DNA of 64,000 nucleotides, taken from contig CALSOP010000006.1 of assembly GCA_943788005.1 (NCBI GenBank), positions 32,549-96,548 on the forward strand, read 5' to 3'. Of the stretch, positions 34,660 through 44,616 are shown piece by piece. Below the pieces are notes generated by a model, which saw nothing but the letters and a program-made list of their open reading frames with translations, did not search any database and was not told the origin of the DNA. The translations under genes and the position numbers were made by a program. Origin of the DNA: an uncultured Gammaproteobacteria bacterium (GTDB lineage: Bacteria > Pseudomonadota > Gammaproteobacteria > Eutrophobiales > Eutrophobiaceae). Every line of letters starts with the position of its first letter. Within the stretch, counting starts at the first letter, position 1.

Positions 34660-36942
34660 TCAATGATGCCAAAAACGCCGATTTTTTGATCTAAATTGTT
34701 CAATTATCAAGCCCTCTGCACTAAATTTCATAGAAATCTCGCCAGATATATAAGTTACTAACGTTTCGACCCCATGGACTTCATAGCGAGTCATTATATC
34801 CTGTTTTGGGAAACCAAATCGATTTCTATATCCTGCGGAAATTACAGCATAATCAGGCGCTATCGTGGTAATGAATTCATTACTTGATGAAGTCTTGCTG
34901 CCATGATGAGGAGCCAACAATATATCAACTTTGATTTGTTCAGGCATGTTATTTATGAGCCTTTTCTCAGCCGATTGCTCGATATCACCGGTTAAAAGCA
35001 CTGATCCCTGCTGTGATGATATTTTGAGAACACATGATGCATTATTGCCAGTAAAATCACTTTCCAGAGACGGATGTAGCACTTCAAATACAATATCATC
35101 CCATAGCCATTTTTGACCGGCATGACAACGTTCAGCGTGACTAATCGATAGTTTTTCTGGAACACTGCTTAATATTCTACCGATTTTGAATTGTTCAATT
35201 AAAGCATATGCCCCGCCGATATGATCATTATCGCCGTGACTGATCATTAACATCGATAATTGCGTGATTCCCTTTTCTCGAAGATACGGTTTTATAACTG
35301 CATCACCAATATTAAAATGCTCTGAAAACTTCGCCCCAGCATCATAAACAAGCGTGTTTTGTCTCGTTTGTATGACAGCGGACAGCCCCTGCCCTACATC
35401 CAATAGACTAAATTTAAATTCACCTGATTTTAAATTGGTCGTTATTGGAAATAGCAATGGCATTAAAAACAAAAGTCCAAACCATCTGCCCGGCAGTCCT
35501 CTAGGCATCAACAAAATTATGATTCCAATGATTGCTATTATCAGTGAAAACTTATCAGGAGCGGCAACAGGAATAATTGCATTATTTTGTTGCGTCAAAA
35601 AATCAAGGTACGACCAATTAAGTTTGCTTATCTTATCGACAAAACCATAAACAAATTCTGCGCTACTAGGAAAGGACAATAACAAGATCATCGCCAGCAA
35701 CACCAATGGAACGACAATAAAACCAATAACGGGTATAACGATTAAATTAGCAAAAATACTAAATAGCGGAAACTGTTTAAACCAGAATATTAAAAACGGA
35801 GACAAGGCCAAACTTAGCAAACATTGTAATTGCAACCAGCGACGCAAAGGACTCTGATTACTATACCTATAACGCGTTATATACAGTATTAGTATTACTG
35901 CTGTGAACGAAAGCCAGAAATCAACTGCCAGTATTGAGAATGGATCTAATAACAATATCAAGACAACCGCGATACTAATGACATTAGAGACCAGTAGCCT
36001 TCTTGACGAGAGTAATCCCAGTAAAAAAACAGCAATCATGATCAATGCACGCTGTGTAGGCAGCGAAAACCCGGCTAGGGACGCATAAAAAAATGCGACC
36101 GCAAAGGCTAGTATTGAAGCAATTATCGGTGCTGGAATGATTTGCGTAGCAAAATAAAACTGACGCCATAACGTTAGTGTTAAAAAATAAATTACTCCGG
36201 CTATTAACCCCAGGTGCAAGCCAGATATTGCAATCAAATGATTTGTGCCCGTATTAGTTAATATCCTCCATTGATTTGGGTCGAGTTGACTACGGTCACC
36301 CAGACTCAATGCCAACACCAATCCAAGCAATGGTTTATCTATCTTATTTTTAATCTTTTGAGATAGTTCGTAACGTAATCTTTGAATGAAATATCCATTA
36401 CTCTCCTCCAGCATTTGATTCGTTTTATTATCCTTTACATAGCCTGTCGCTTTTATTCCTTGTCTCATCATCCATGTCTCATAATCGAAACCGCCTGAGT
36501 TCATAAAACTATAAGGACGCTTTAATTTTGCACTTAACAGCCATGTTTCACCCGGCGCGGGTACTATCTTGGTTTTATACCAATTCAAGCGAATCATTCC
36601 TGGTGATATAAAATGTTTTTTTTGGTTGTCGACGATATCACTCACATTAAACGTAAATTGAACATGGTCTTCATAAATTACTGGCAATGAAACCACACTG
36701 CCCGTTAACTGAACTACCTTGCTCTCAAGTTCAGGATTGAGTGAATGACTAACATCAATTCCTATATGCAATAATGCCCAGCTAAAACCAAGACAAAATA
36801 ACAAAATCAATCTGAATACTGAGAAATATCGATCAAGGAGAAATAATAGGGGTAAAATAAGAAGAACCCACAAACTGGGTATAGTTGAAAATTGCAACAG
36901 ACAATAAATACCTGAGGCAAATGCTAGCGTCCATGCAAGCAT
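34660..36942 (-). CDS. comEC: DNA internalisation competence protein ComEC/Rec2
   Basis: 'HLIAISGLH', 'LDVGQG', 'SHGDNDHIGG', 'PHHGSKTSS'. Confidence 0.93.
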   Translation of the reverse strand: MLAWTLAFASGIYCLLQFSTIPSLWVLLILPLLFLLDRYFSVFRLILLFCLGFSWALLHIGIDVSHSLNPELESKVVQLTGSVVSLPVIYEDHVQFTFNVSDIVDNQKKHFISPGMIRLNWYKTKIVPAPGETWLLSAKLKRPYSFMNSGGFDYETWMMRQGIKATGYVKDNKTNQMLEESNGYFIQRLRYELSQKIKNKIDKPLLGLVLALSLGDRSQLDPNQWRILTNTGTNHLIAISGLHLGLIAGVIYFLTLTLWRQFYFATQIIPAPIIASILAFAVAFFYASLAGFSLPTQRALIMIAVFLLGLLSSRRLLVSNVISIAVVLILLLDPFSILAVDFWLSFTAVILILYITRYRYSNQSPLRRWLQLQCLLSLALSPFLIFWFKQFPLFSIFANLIVIPVIGFIVVPLVLLAMILLLSFPSSAEFVYGFVDKISKLNWSYLDFLTQQNNAIIPVAAPDKFSLIIAIIGIIILLMPRGLPGRWFGLLFLMPLLFPITTNLKSGEFKFSLLDVGQGLSAVIQTRQNTLVYDAGAKFSEHFNIGDAVIKPYLREKGITQLSMLMISHGDNDHIGGAYALIEQFKIGRILSSVPEKLSISHAERCHAGQKWLWDDIVFEVLHPSLESDFTGNNASCVLKISSQQGSVLLTGDIEQSAEKRLINNMPEQIKVDILLAPHHGSKTSSSNEFITTIAPDYAVISAGYRNRFGFPKQDIMTRYEVHGVETLVTYISGEISMKFSAEGLIIEQFRSKNRRFWHH

Positions 36943-37017
36943 AAATATTAACTCCTTGTAATAAATATTGGGCTATAATAGCGCGCTTTTTTTGAGCATT
37001 ACAAAATATTAAGAAAA

Positions 37018-37533
37018 ATGAGCTTACGGAATTTTTTTAAACGCTATCTGCCGCAGAAGGACCACATCCACAAGCATGGGGGAATGCATCTATTTTCTGA
37101 TTACCTGCATGATCCCAATATTTGGCATCTACATCGTCGTTCATCGGCAGGTGGTGCTGCTATTGGCATGTTTTGCGCGTTTATTCCATTACCAATTCAA
37201 ACAATAGTCTCAGCTGCATTTGCAATTCTATTTAGAGTCAATCTACCTATGGCGGTCGTTTTTTCATTATTTAGCAACCCGATCACTATTCCACCACTAT
37301 TTTTCTTCGCTTATCAATTAGGCGCCATGTTATTAGGTTTAGAAGAAAAACATGTTGAATTTTCGTTCTCATGGGAATGGATAAGCACGACTCTTATACA
37401 TATATGGGAGCCATTGGCACTCGGTTGTTTTATATTGGGAGCAATAAGCTCGCTACTGACTTACATCATCATTCGATTGGTCTGGCGAATAAGTGCGATT
37501 AATAAATGGGAAAACAGGCGCCGAACAAAATAG
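37018..37533 (+). CDS. DUF2062 membrane protein
   Basis: 'PNIWHLHRRS', 'FSNPITIPP'; lies between comEC and lolD. Confidence 0.85.
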   Translation: MSLRNFFKRYLPQKDHIHKHGGMHLFSDYLHDPNIWHLHRRSSAGGAAIGMFCAFIPLPIQTIVSAAFAILFRVNLPMAVVFSLFSNPITIPPLFFFAYQLGAMLLGLEEKHVEFSFSWEWISTTLIHIWEPLALGCFILGAISSLLTYIIIRLVWRISAINKWENRRRTK

Positions 37534-37550
37534 CAACATAACAAAGGCTG

Positions 37551-38228
37551 CTAAGCTTGCAAGATCCCTTCTTTTAATTCTAAAACTCGATCCACACGCC
37601 GTGAAAGTTCCATGTTGTGCGTAACCATAATTAAACTTGTGCCTAGGCTTTGATTTAATTCAAGAATTAATTCAAAAACTTGATCTGCTGTTTTTTCATC
37701 CAAATTGCCCGTTGGCTCATCAGCTAATATACAAGCAGGCTCAGTGACTAATGCTCTGGCAATTGCTGCACGTTGCCGTTCTCCTCCTGATAATTCACCT
37801 GGTTTGTGTTGCACTCGTTCTGACAAACCTACCTTGTTCAACAAGTTCGCAGCCTTATCTAATGCTTCTTTTTTATTGCCACGTCTTATTAACAATGGCA
37901 TTGCTACATTTTCCAATGCAGTAAACTCCGGCAAGAGATGATGGAATTGATAAACAAAACCAAGGTGTTTATTTCGTAGATTACCACGTTGCTCATCGCT
38001 CAGTTTTCCCATGTCCTTATCATTAACAAGAACTTCACCTTTATCGGGTGTATCGAGACCACCTAACAAATGTAGCAAGGTACTTTTACCAGATCCTGAG
38101 GTACCAATGATCGCAACACTTTGGTTTGACTTAATACTGAAATCAACACCTTTCAGAACTTCAACACGAAGTTCGCCATCGTTAAAACATTTAGTGAGCT
38201 GTCGTGTTTCGATTAGAGCATCACTCAT
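37551..38228 (-). CDS. lolD: Lipoprotein-releasing ABC transporter ATPase
   Basis: 'GTSGSGKST', '[19 protein letters not shown]', 'LSGGERQR'. Confidence 0.93.
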   Translation of the reverse strand: MSDALIETRQLTKCFNDGELRVEVLKGVDFSIKSNQSVAIIGTSGSGKSTLLHLLGGLDTPDKGEVLVNDKDMGKLSDEQRGNLRNKHLGFVYQFHHLLPEFTALENVAMPLLIRRGNKKEALDKAANLLNKVGLSERVQHKPGELSGGERQRAAIARALVTEPACILADEPTGNLDEKTADQVFELILELNQSLGTSLIMVTHNMELSRRVDRVLELKEGILQA

Positions 38229-39465
38229 AACGTAATGCCTCCGCAGGTTGTGTCTTCGCTGCGCGAAGAGCAGGATAGATCGTGGCTAATAAACAGAGCA
38301 CAAAAGCAACAATACTAATAGTAATAACATCATTCCAATGCATGTCTGAAGGAAGATCACTAATGTAATAAACATCTGCGGACAAGAATTTTTGACCTAT
38401 CATCGACTCTATCGCTGGTACGATTGTCTCTACATTGCTCGCTAACCAGACACCACCAATAACGCCCATGGCAATGCCGACAACGCCAATGATTGTGCCT
38501 TGAATCATAAATAACTTTAATATACTTCCTGGACTAGCGCCTAGTGTTCGCAACACAGCGATGTCTGATTGTTTGTCAGAGACCATCATCACCAACGTTG
38601 AGATTATATTAAATGCTGCAACTGCAACGATTAGTAGTAATATCACAAACATTACTGTTTTTTCAGTTTTTAATGCCCGGAAAAAATTAGCGTGTCGTTG
38701 TGTCCAGTCAACCACCCAATATCTACCGGGTAATTGAGCAACAATCTCACGACTAATGATTGGAGCTTTGAGAATATTGTTTGTTTTCAAGCGCAGTCCT
38801 GTAGGGCCTGTTTTTCGAAATAAACGAAAAGCATCATTCATATGGATTAACGCTAAGGCACTATCAAATTCATGCATGCCGACTTCAAATATACCTACTA
38901 ACGTAAAGCGTTTAAGTCTTGGTAAGATACCTGCGGGGGTGACATTCGCCTGTGGCGCAACTAAAGTCACTTTATCGCCGATCGCTACACCTAACTTTCG
39001 TGCAAGTTCTTTTCCCAGGACAATGTTAAAACCTCCCGCTTTTAGTTCACTAATATCACCCATAATCATGGTTTCTATGACTGTAGAGACTTTGGGTTCT
39101 TCGTCAGGCAAAATACCTCTGATTATTGTGCCATTAACACTTTTATCTTTAACTAACATGCCTTCGGCATGAAAATATGGTGCAACGCCAACAATATCAG
39201 GGTGATGCATAACCTCTTCTGCAATTGGTTGCCAATCATTCAAAGCGTCACCGTCTCCAATGACAGTTGCATGTGATGCCATACCTAAAATACGTTCTTT
39301 TAATTCTTTCTCAAATCCATTCATTACAGATAACACCGTAATCAAAGCCATTACACCTAAACCCACACCAAGCATCGATGTTAAGGAGATAAAGGAAATA
39401 AAATGGTTGCGGCGACGTGCGCGGACATAGCGCAAGCCAATCAGTGCTTCAAATGAATTAAACAT
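38221..39465 (-). CDS. Lipoprotein-releasing ABC transporter permease (single LolC/E, LolF-like)
   Basis: '[12 protein letters not shown]', 'VLSVMNGFE', 'VAAFNII', 'YYISDLPS', 'PAEALRYE'. Confidence 0.9.
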   Translation of the reverse strand: MFNSFEALIGLRYVRARRRNHFISFISLTSMLGVGLGVMALITVLSVMNGFEKELKERILGMASHATVIGDGDALNDWQPIAEEVMHHPDIVGVAPYFHAEGMLVKDKSVNGTIIRGILPDEEPKVSTVIETMIMGDISELKAGGFNIVLGKELARKLGVAIGDKVTLVAPQANVTPAGILPRLKRFTLVGIFEVGMHEFDSALALIHMNDAFRLFRKTGPTGLRLKTNNILKAPIISREIVAQLPGRYWVVDWTQRHANFFRALKTEKTVMFVILLLIVAVAAFNIISTLVMMVSDKQSDIAVLRTLGASPGSILKLFMIQGTIIGVVGIAMGVIGGVWLASNVETIVPAIESMIGQKFLSADVYYISDLPSDMHWNDVITISIVAFVLCLLATIYPALRAAKTQPAEALRYE

Positions 39466-39565
39466 GGGTGTGGATTATAGAGTGCTTCGACAAAGCTTGA
39501 AACTAAATTAAGTATATCTTTTAAAATGACTTTTCAAAAAAGCTCATAAACATAACACTGAACTA

Positions 39566-42016
39566 CTATACGGGTGCAAATACTATTTCTTCTCCTTTTA
39601 GAAGAAAAATACCTGAGCTTCTCTCTTCTTTTACTTCGTAGACTTTATTCAAAATGCGAATTACAACGCCGGGATAAACTCTACTGCGTACGACAACACG
39701 GGCATCTTTTGAATCGTACAATAAAGTAGTTAGAGCTTCCTTTTCTTCAATCAACTCATCAAATTCATTATTTTTCTGTTCTAGCGTACCTGTCAGTTTT
39801 AGTAACAATGCATTTTGTTTTTTTTGTGCCTTAGGATTCTTGCAACAGTGTTCATGTAGTTTTTTTACATCAGAAATTGCTTTTTTAGCTCTAAGAATGT
39901 CATCCACCAATTCTCTCAATTTTATCTGTACATCATTACCAGCCCCAACTTCAACGGTAGTTTTATTAAAACTATCAGCCCCTAGAACAGCAACTTCGAC
40001 ACCTTTTATAGCCTGTGTTACAGCGCCAACTAATATGCTTTTTTTCGACTTACTATTCCCAACCTGCACTAAGCCCTGAGAGCTTGTATTGCAATTAACA
40101 AGACTATTCTCTATTAAAATATCACCTCCAGCATCGAGATTTGCATTCTCAGCAAATGAAGCAGCAATATTCTGCCCGGCGATAATTTTACTTTGCATGC
40201 CTCTGACACCCGATTTAATAATTACACTACCAACTGCCCTAACAGTCGCATTTTCAACATTTTTCTGGATGATGGCATCACCTTTTGATTCAAGAACAAA
40301 CCCTGCTCCAACATAACCTTTAACATTAACTGTCTTATCAGAATGAATATTACCTGTCTTTTGGCATACGTCACCATCAAGTTCCAGATTATCAGAAACT
40401 TTAAAATTAATACCATTAACTAATAAAATACCATCTTCTTTGATGCGCAATGTGCCGTCAGCTTCTTTTATTACACCTTCAAGTTCCGGTTCAGAATCCT
40501 TAACTTGATTTGCAATTAACTCTTCACCCAAAACATTCCGACCATCCTCTGAGCGTTGCCCCTGTATCAACCGGCCAATTACATCATTTATTTTTACATT
40601 CCATGGATAGGATTTTTCATGATAATCAATTTCTCCATTTGGCAAAACTTTCCCTCCAACGGTGAGTTCTTTGTCAAACTCTACCCTCGAATCAACACCA
40701 TCCTTAGCAGGGACACCTTCCGCAACGAGCAGATTAATCTTTGATTTTTTTTCTTTGTTTATATTTTCCAGAATTAATTTAATAGCATTATTTTTTATTC
40801 CATAGACAACATCATGTTGATTTAATGTTGCAATAACATGTTGTAACAAAATGTTTCCTTCACCGCTCGCCTCATTAGAACGTAACAAACTCATTGTTAC
40901 TTTTAATTTATCATCAGATATATTTATTCCTGATTTAACGCTCACTATATCAGATTCAAATTGGACAACGCCCAATCTCATAGACTTGTATTCACGAACC
41001 CCAGGATTCTTTATTTCTTCTATGCCAGTACCACATATGAGAGACACTTCGGTACCTTCTTCTCCTGGAACAATTTCACCGTATACATCAAGCCCTGCCG
41101 TATAGTGTAAATTTGATTTTATTCGTGCCACAGTTCTCCCAGGTAATACAGCTCGTTTATTGATATCTTCGGATTGGATATCCGTCATCCACTCAATTGT
41201 TTCATCATCGCCATTTATGGCAGCATCGCCTTTTGCAACAACCACCCTTTTAACGACATCTCCTAATGATTGAGCTTGTTTCAAAGCAGATTTAATTTGA
41301 TTGTGGTCTATACCATTTACAACACCTGCTGATTCAAGTGTTTTAAGTATATCTGCTTGTGTAACTTCTCTATTTAGACCAATAACCTTGCCGGCATGAA
41401 TATCCATACAGACTTGTAATTTGTCATCTGCTATATCAAGTCCTGATTCAACAGTGAGCACGCCAGATTTATAATGAAGTAAGCCTGCGTGACTACATTC
41501 ATAGACAACAATGCCATCAGTGTCCTGCGTATAAATAACACCCTTTTCATTATTTATTTGTTGGTCAAAGCCAGGCCGTGGGTTTTTGTCTTTACCAAAA
41601 ACATTTTTACCTTTCTGTCCTTGAGTCGATAATGTCTTTACAGCAATTTTTACCCCTGGCACCACCAGATATGATGAGCCTTCATCAATTATTCCTTCTA
41701 TACACCATTCAGTAGTTCCATTGCTGCCGTTCTCAACATCTGATTTCGCTATTACAACGGGTTCTTCTGGAATATTATCTTCATCAACCAAAGCAATTAA
41801 TTTGTCTATTGCATCTCGGTCAATGCCATAAACGACCTTCGACTGTTTTAGTTTATTCAGAATATCAATAGCTTTAACAGGTTTTCCATTACCCGTATGT
41901 CTGACTATCTTTTTGACACTGACAATTAGACCATCTTCAGGCACGGCAAGTTGGAACCATCCATTTACAGAAGGCTCTTCATCGCATCCTGATGTCTTTT
42001 GAGTTTGATTTCCCAT
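39566..42016 (-). CDS. FapA/DUF342 family protein with three tandem N-terminal modules
   Basis: Three 'S/A-DD-K-L...L....VVYGI' repeats, beta-helix 'DGDVCQKTGNI', coiled coil and 'VYPGVVIRI'. Confidence 0.8.
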   Translation of the reverse strand: MGNQTQKTSGCDEEPSVNGWFQLAVPEDGLIVSVKKIVRHTGNGKPVKAIDILNKLKQSKVVYGIDRDAIDKLIALVDEDNIPEEPVVIAKSDVENGSNGTTEWCIEGIIDEGSSYLVVPGVKIAVKTLSTQGQKGKNVFGKDKNPRPGFDQQINNEKGVIYTQDTDGIVVYECSHAGLLHYKSGVLTVESGLDIADDKLQVCMDIHAGKVIGLNREVTQADILKTLESAGVVNGIDHNQIKSALKQAQSLGDVVKRVVVAKGDAAINGDDETIEWMTDIQSEDINKRAVLPGRTVARIKSNLHYTAGLDVYGEIVPGEEGTEVSLICGTGIEEIKNPGVREYKSMRLGVVQFESDIVSVKSGINISDDKLKVTMSLLRSNEASGEGNILLQHVIATLNQHDVVYGIKNNAIKLILENINKEKKSKINLLVAEGVPAKDGVDSRVEFDKELTVGGKVLPNGEIDYHEKSYPWNVKINDVIGRLIQGQRSEDGRNVLGEELIANQVKDSEPELEGVIKEADGTLRIKEDGILLVNGINFKVSDNLELDGDVCQKTGNIHSDKTVNVKGYVGAGFVLESKGDAIIQKNVENATVRAVGSVIIKSGVRGMQSKIIAGQNIAASFAENANLDAGGDILIENSLVNCNTSSQGLVQVGNSKSKKSILVGAVTQAIKGVEVAVLGADSFNKTTVEVGAGNDVQIKLRELVDDILRAKKAISDVKKLHEHCCKNPKAQKKQNALLLKLTGTLEQKNNEFDELIEEKEALTTLLYDSKDARVVVRSRVYPGVVIRILNKVYEVKEERSSGIFLLKGEEIVFAPV

Positions 42017-42101
42017 TGTGTTCTATCAATCCATACATATCAGTCTAAAAGTGTTGTTTGTTTCTGTTAAAATTCGTGAAAATGTCTATATGTAATATTA
42101 A

Positions 42102-42128
42102 TTATCGACCCATAACTGCTGTACTTTA
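42102..42128 (-). promoter_or_regulatory. Sigma28 (FliA)-type promoter of the FapA gene
   Basis: Minus strand TAAA-gtacagcagttatgg(15 nt)-GTCGATAA versus consensus TAAA-N15-GCCGATAA, about 85 bp upstream of the ATG. Confidence 0.7.
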
Positions 42129-42438
42129 ATAAGAATGGTGTAAGTCATTGTTTTATAGTAGCTCAAAGATTGAAGACATTAGAATTTGTCTACTAAAGAC
42201 GACAACATTAGCTGATAAATATTATGAATATGTGAACCTGTTTTATACGTATTGCTTTAGATGCGAAATTTACAAATGTAAAATTATTCCTCGTTCAAAT
42301 ATTAAGTTTTTAATTTCGATTTTACATGAGATATTAGCCCATTAATTTAGAAGATTTTTTTTTCAACCTGATCAGTTCTCGTTGTATTTTAGAATAAATA
42401 ATTTATGACGATTAAAAGGAATTCTGCAGAAAATAATA

Positions 42439-43113
42439 ATGAAAATATTAGCCATTGAAACAGCCACAGAAGCATGTTCTGCAGCACTTGATATAGATGA
42501 TAGTTGCATTCATCGTTTTCAAATATCTCCAAGGAGACATACCGAATTAATCCTGCCAATGATCGACGAGCTACTTCGTGAGGCTGATATACAAACCAAA
42601 GATCTTGACGCCATTGCCTTTGGTCAAGGCCCTGGCGCATTTACAGGTGTACGTATTGCTGTTGGCGTTATACAAGGCCTTGCTTTTGCGCACGACACAC
42701 CCGTCATCCCAGTTTCATCATTGAATGCTCTGGCTCAACATTACGCTAACGAGCACTCCCAAGTTGCAGCAGCCATCGATGCACGCATGCAGGAGATTTA
42801 CTGGGGTCTTTTCAAGAAAAATGAATTGGGTCTGATGCAACAGATTACTGAAGAAAAAGTTTGTTCTCCAACTGATATTTCTAAACCATCACAAGGCGAG
42901 TGGTTCGGTGCAGGAACAGGATGGAATACCTATAGCGAAAATCTTAAAGCACAGTGTAACGAAAAATTGATCGGATTCAACGGTGATGTATTCCCATCAG
43001 CAAAAGACATCATGACTCTGGCAAAACCAGCCTACCTAGAAGGCAATGCAATTCCCGTTGAAGAAGCCACACCAGTATATTTAAGAAATAAAGTTGCTAA
43101 TAAATCACGATAA
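42439..43113 (+). CDS. tsaB: tRNA threonylcarbamoyladenosine biosynthesis protein TsaB
   Basis: 'MKILAIETATEACSAAL', 'GQGPGAFTGVRI', 'IDARMQEIY', 'PVYLR'. Confidence 0.95.
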   Translation: MKILAIETATEACSAALDIDDSCIHRFQISPRRHTELILPMIDELLREADIQTKDLDAIAFGQGPGAFTGVRIAVGVIQGLAFAHDTPVIPVSSLNALAQHYANEHSQVAAAIDARMQEIYWGLFKKNELGLMQQITEEKVCSPTDISKPSQGEWFGAGTGWNTYSENLKAQCNEKLIGFNGDVFPSAKDIMTLAKPAYLEGNAIPVEEATPVYLRNKVANKSR

Positions 43114-43115
43114 TT

Positions 43116-43874
43116 TCAATTATTCATATAAATAACACTTGAACTGATAGAACCATTCTTTTCAAGGGTCAATTTTCTGTAGGCCGGCGTTTTATCATCA
43201 ACAGCAAATTCAGTGCTGCCGGGTTTAAATTGTAAGCAAGTTGATGGTGTGCCAAGTAATTTCACATTAGCAATTTCATGTTCAAATTCCTGATGAATAT
43301 GCCCCCAAATGATACCGCGCACTTGTTTAAATTCATCAACAATTTTCAAAAAGTCTGTGGCGTTGACTAAAGACATGGCATCCATCCAGCTACTGTTTAT
43401 CGATACCGGATGATGATGAAGTGCTATCAAACAATGCGAATCAAGATTGTCTTCAAGGCTTGTCCGTAAAAACTCTAGTTCATTAGCAGATAATTCACCG
43501 CTATGCTCGCCTCTTACACAGGTATCTAAGAGTATGATTGACCAATCATCAAATTTGGTTAAATTACCCGTGTCATGCCCATTGGCACCCATGACATACC
43601 GCATTAATTCTGGAGCATCATGATTGCCCGGCAAGCTAAGAATAGGTGTTGTCAGTATTGACAAATGATCAGCCAACTTTTGATAAGACGTTTTGGTGGG
43701 TTCATGAACCAAATCACCCGTCAACAAAATCAAATCTGCATCAGATTCAGACTCTAAAATTTTATGTATTACGCGCATCAAACTAGCGGAGGTATCATAA
43801 TCGTTAAATGATGGCGCACCATCATCGAGTATGTGTGTGTCCGTGATCTGTATAATATTGATTCTGTCAGACAT
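43116..43874 (-). CDS. cpdA: 3',5'-cyclic-nucleotide phosphodiesterase
   Basis: 'QITDTH', 'TGDL', 'PGNHD', 'LHHHP', 'WGHIHQ', 'TPSTCLQFKP'. Confidence 0.88.
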   Translation of the reverse strand: MSDRINIIQITDTHILDDGAPSFNDYDTSASLMRVIHKILESESDADLILLTGDLVHEPTKTSYQKLADHLSILTTPILSLPGNHDAPELMRYVMGANGHDTGNLTKFDDWSIILLDTCVRGEHSGELSANELEFLRTSLEDNLDSHCLIALHHHPVSINSSWMDAMSLVNATDFLKIVDEFKQVRGIIWGHIHQEFEHEIANVKLLGTPSTCLQFKPGSTEFAVDDKTPAYRKLTLEKNGSISSSVIYMNN

Positions 43875-43953
43875 TTTAGTGTCTCGCTTAGTTGTCGTTT
43901 CAGTAGACTCAATCATGATATTCTTTAGTTAATAATTATTAGGCCAGTACCCT

Positions 43954-44616
43954 ATGTCTAGAAAAAGCATGCAGCTCGATGAACAAGTTTATAATTATCT
44001 CCTGTCAGTTTCATTACGAGAAGCACAAATACTTCAAGAATGTAGAGCAGAAACAGCAAAGCATCCCATGGCTAGGATGCAAATTGCTCCTGAACAAGGT
44101 CAATTCATATCATTCTTAATAAAATTATTACACGTCAAAAAAGCACTAGAAATAGGCGTGTTTACTGGATATAGCAGTCTTTCTATAGCAATGTCATTAC
44201 CTGAGGATGGACATCTAGACGCATGCGATAGTGATGCTGAAGCAACCAAAATTGCAAAAAGGTACTGGAACAAGGCCAATGTGGCAGAAAAAATTAATTT
44301 GCATATCGGTCCAGCAATAGAAACCTTGGATAGACTATTAGAAGAAAACCATAATGACACATATGACTTAGCCTTTATTGATGCTCACAAGCCTGAGTAC
44401 ATTGATTACTACGAACGAGCATTACAACTCATCAGTCCCGGCGGTATTATTCTCGTAGACAACGTATTATGGTCTGGCAATGTAGCTGATGAAAACATTC
44501 AAGATGAAGACACTGTTGCCATACGAAATTTTAATGAACATGTAAAAAATGATGATCGCATCATGATTAGTATGTTACCCGTAGCAGATGGAATCACATT
44601 GGCAATGAAAAACTAA
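43954..44616 (+). CDS. Caffeoyl-CoA-type O-methyltransferase
   Basis: 'MQIAPEQGQF', 'LEIGVFTGYSSL', 'FIDAHK', 'VDNVLWSG'. Confidence 0.9.
   Translation: MSRKSMQLDEQVYNYLLSVSLREAQILQECRAETAKHPMARMQIAPEQGQFISFLIKLLHVKKALEIGVFTGYSSLSIAMSLPEDGHLDACDSDAEATKIAKRYWNKANVAEKINLHIGPAIETLDRLLEENHNDTYDLAFIDAHKPEYIDYYERALQLISPGGIILVDNVLWSGNVADENIQDEDTVAIRNFNEHVKNDDRIMISMLPVADGITLAMKN

Noticed and set aside
42148-42345. 65-aa ORF in the AT-rich FapA-tsaB spacer
   Set aside because: TTG start, no RBS and no recognisable motif; more likely divergent promoter DNA.
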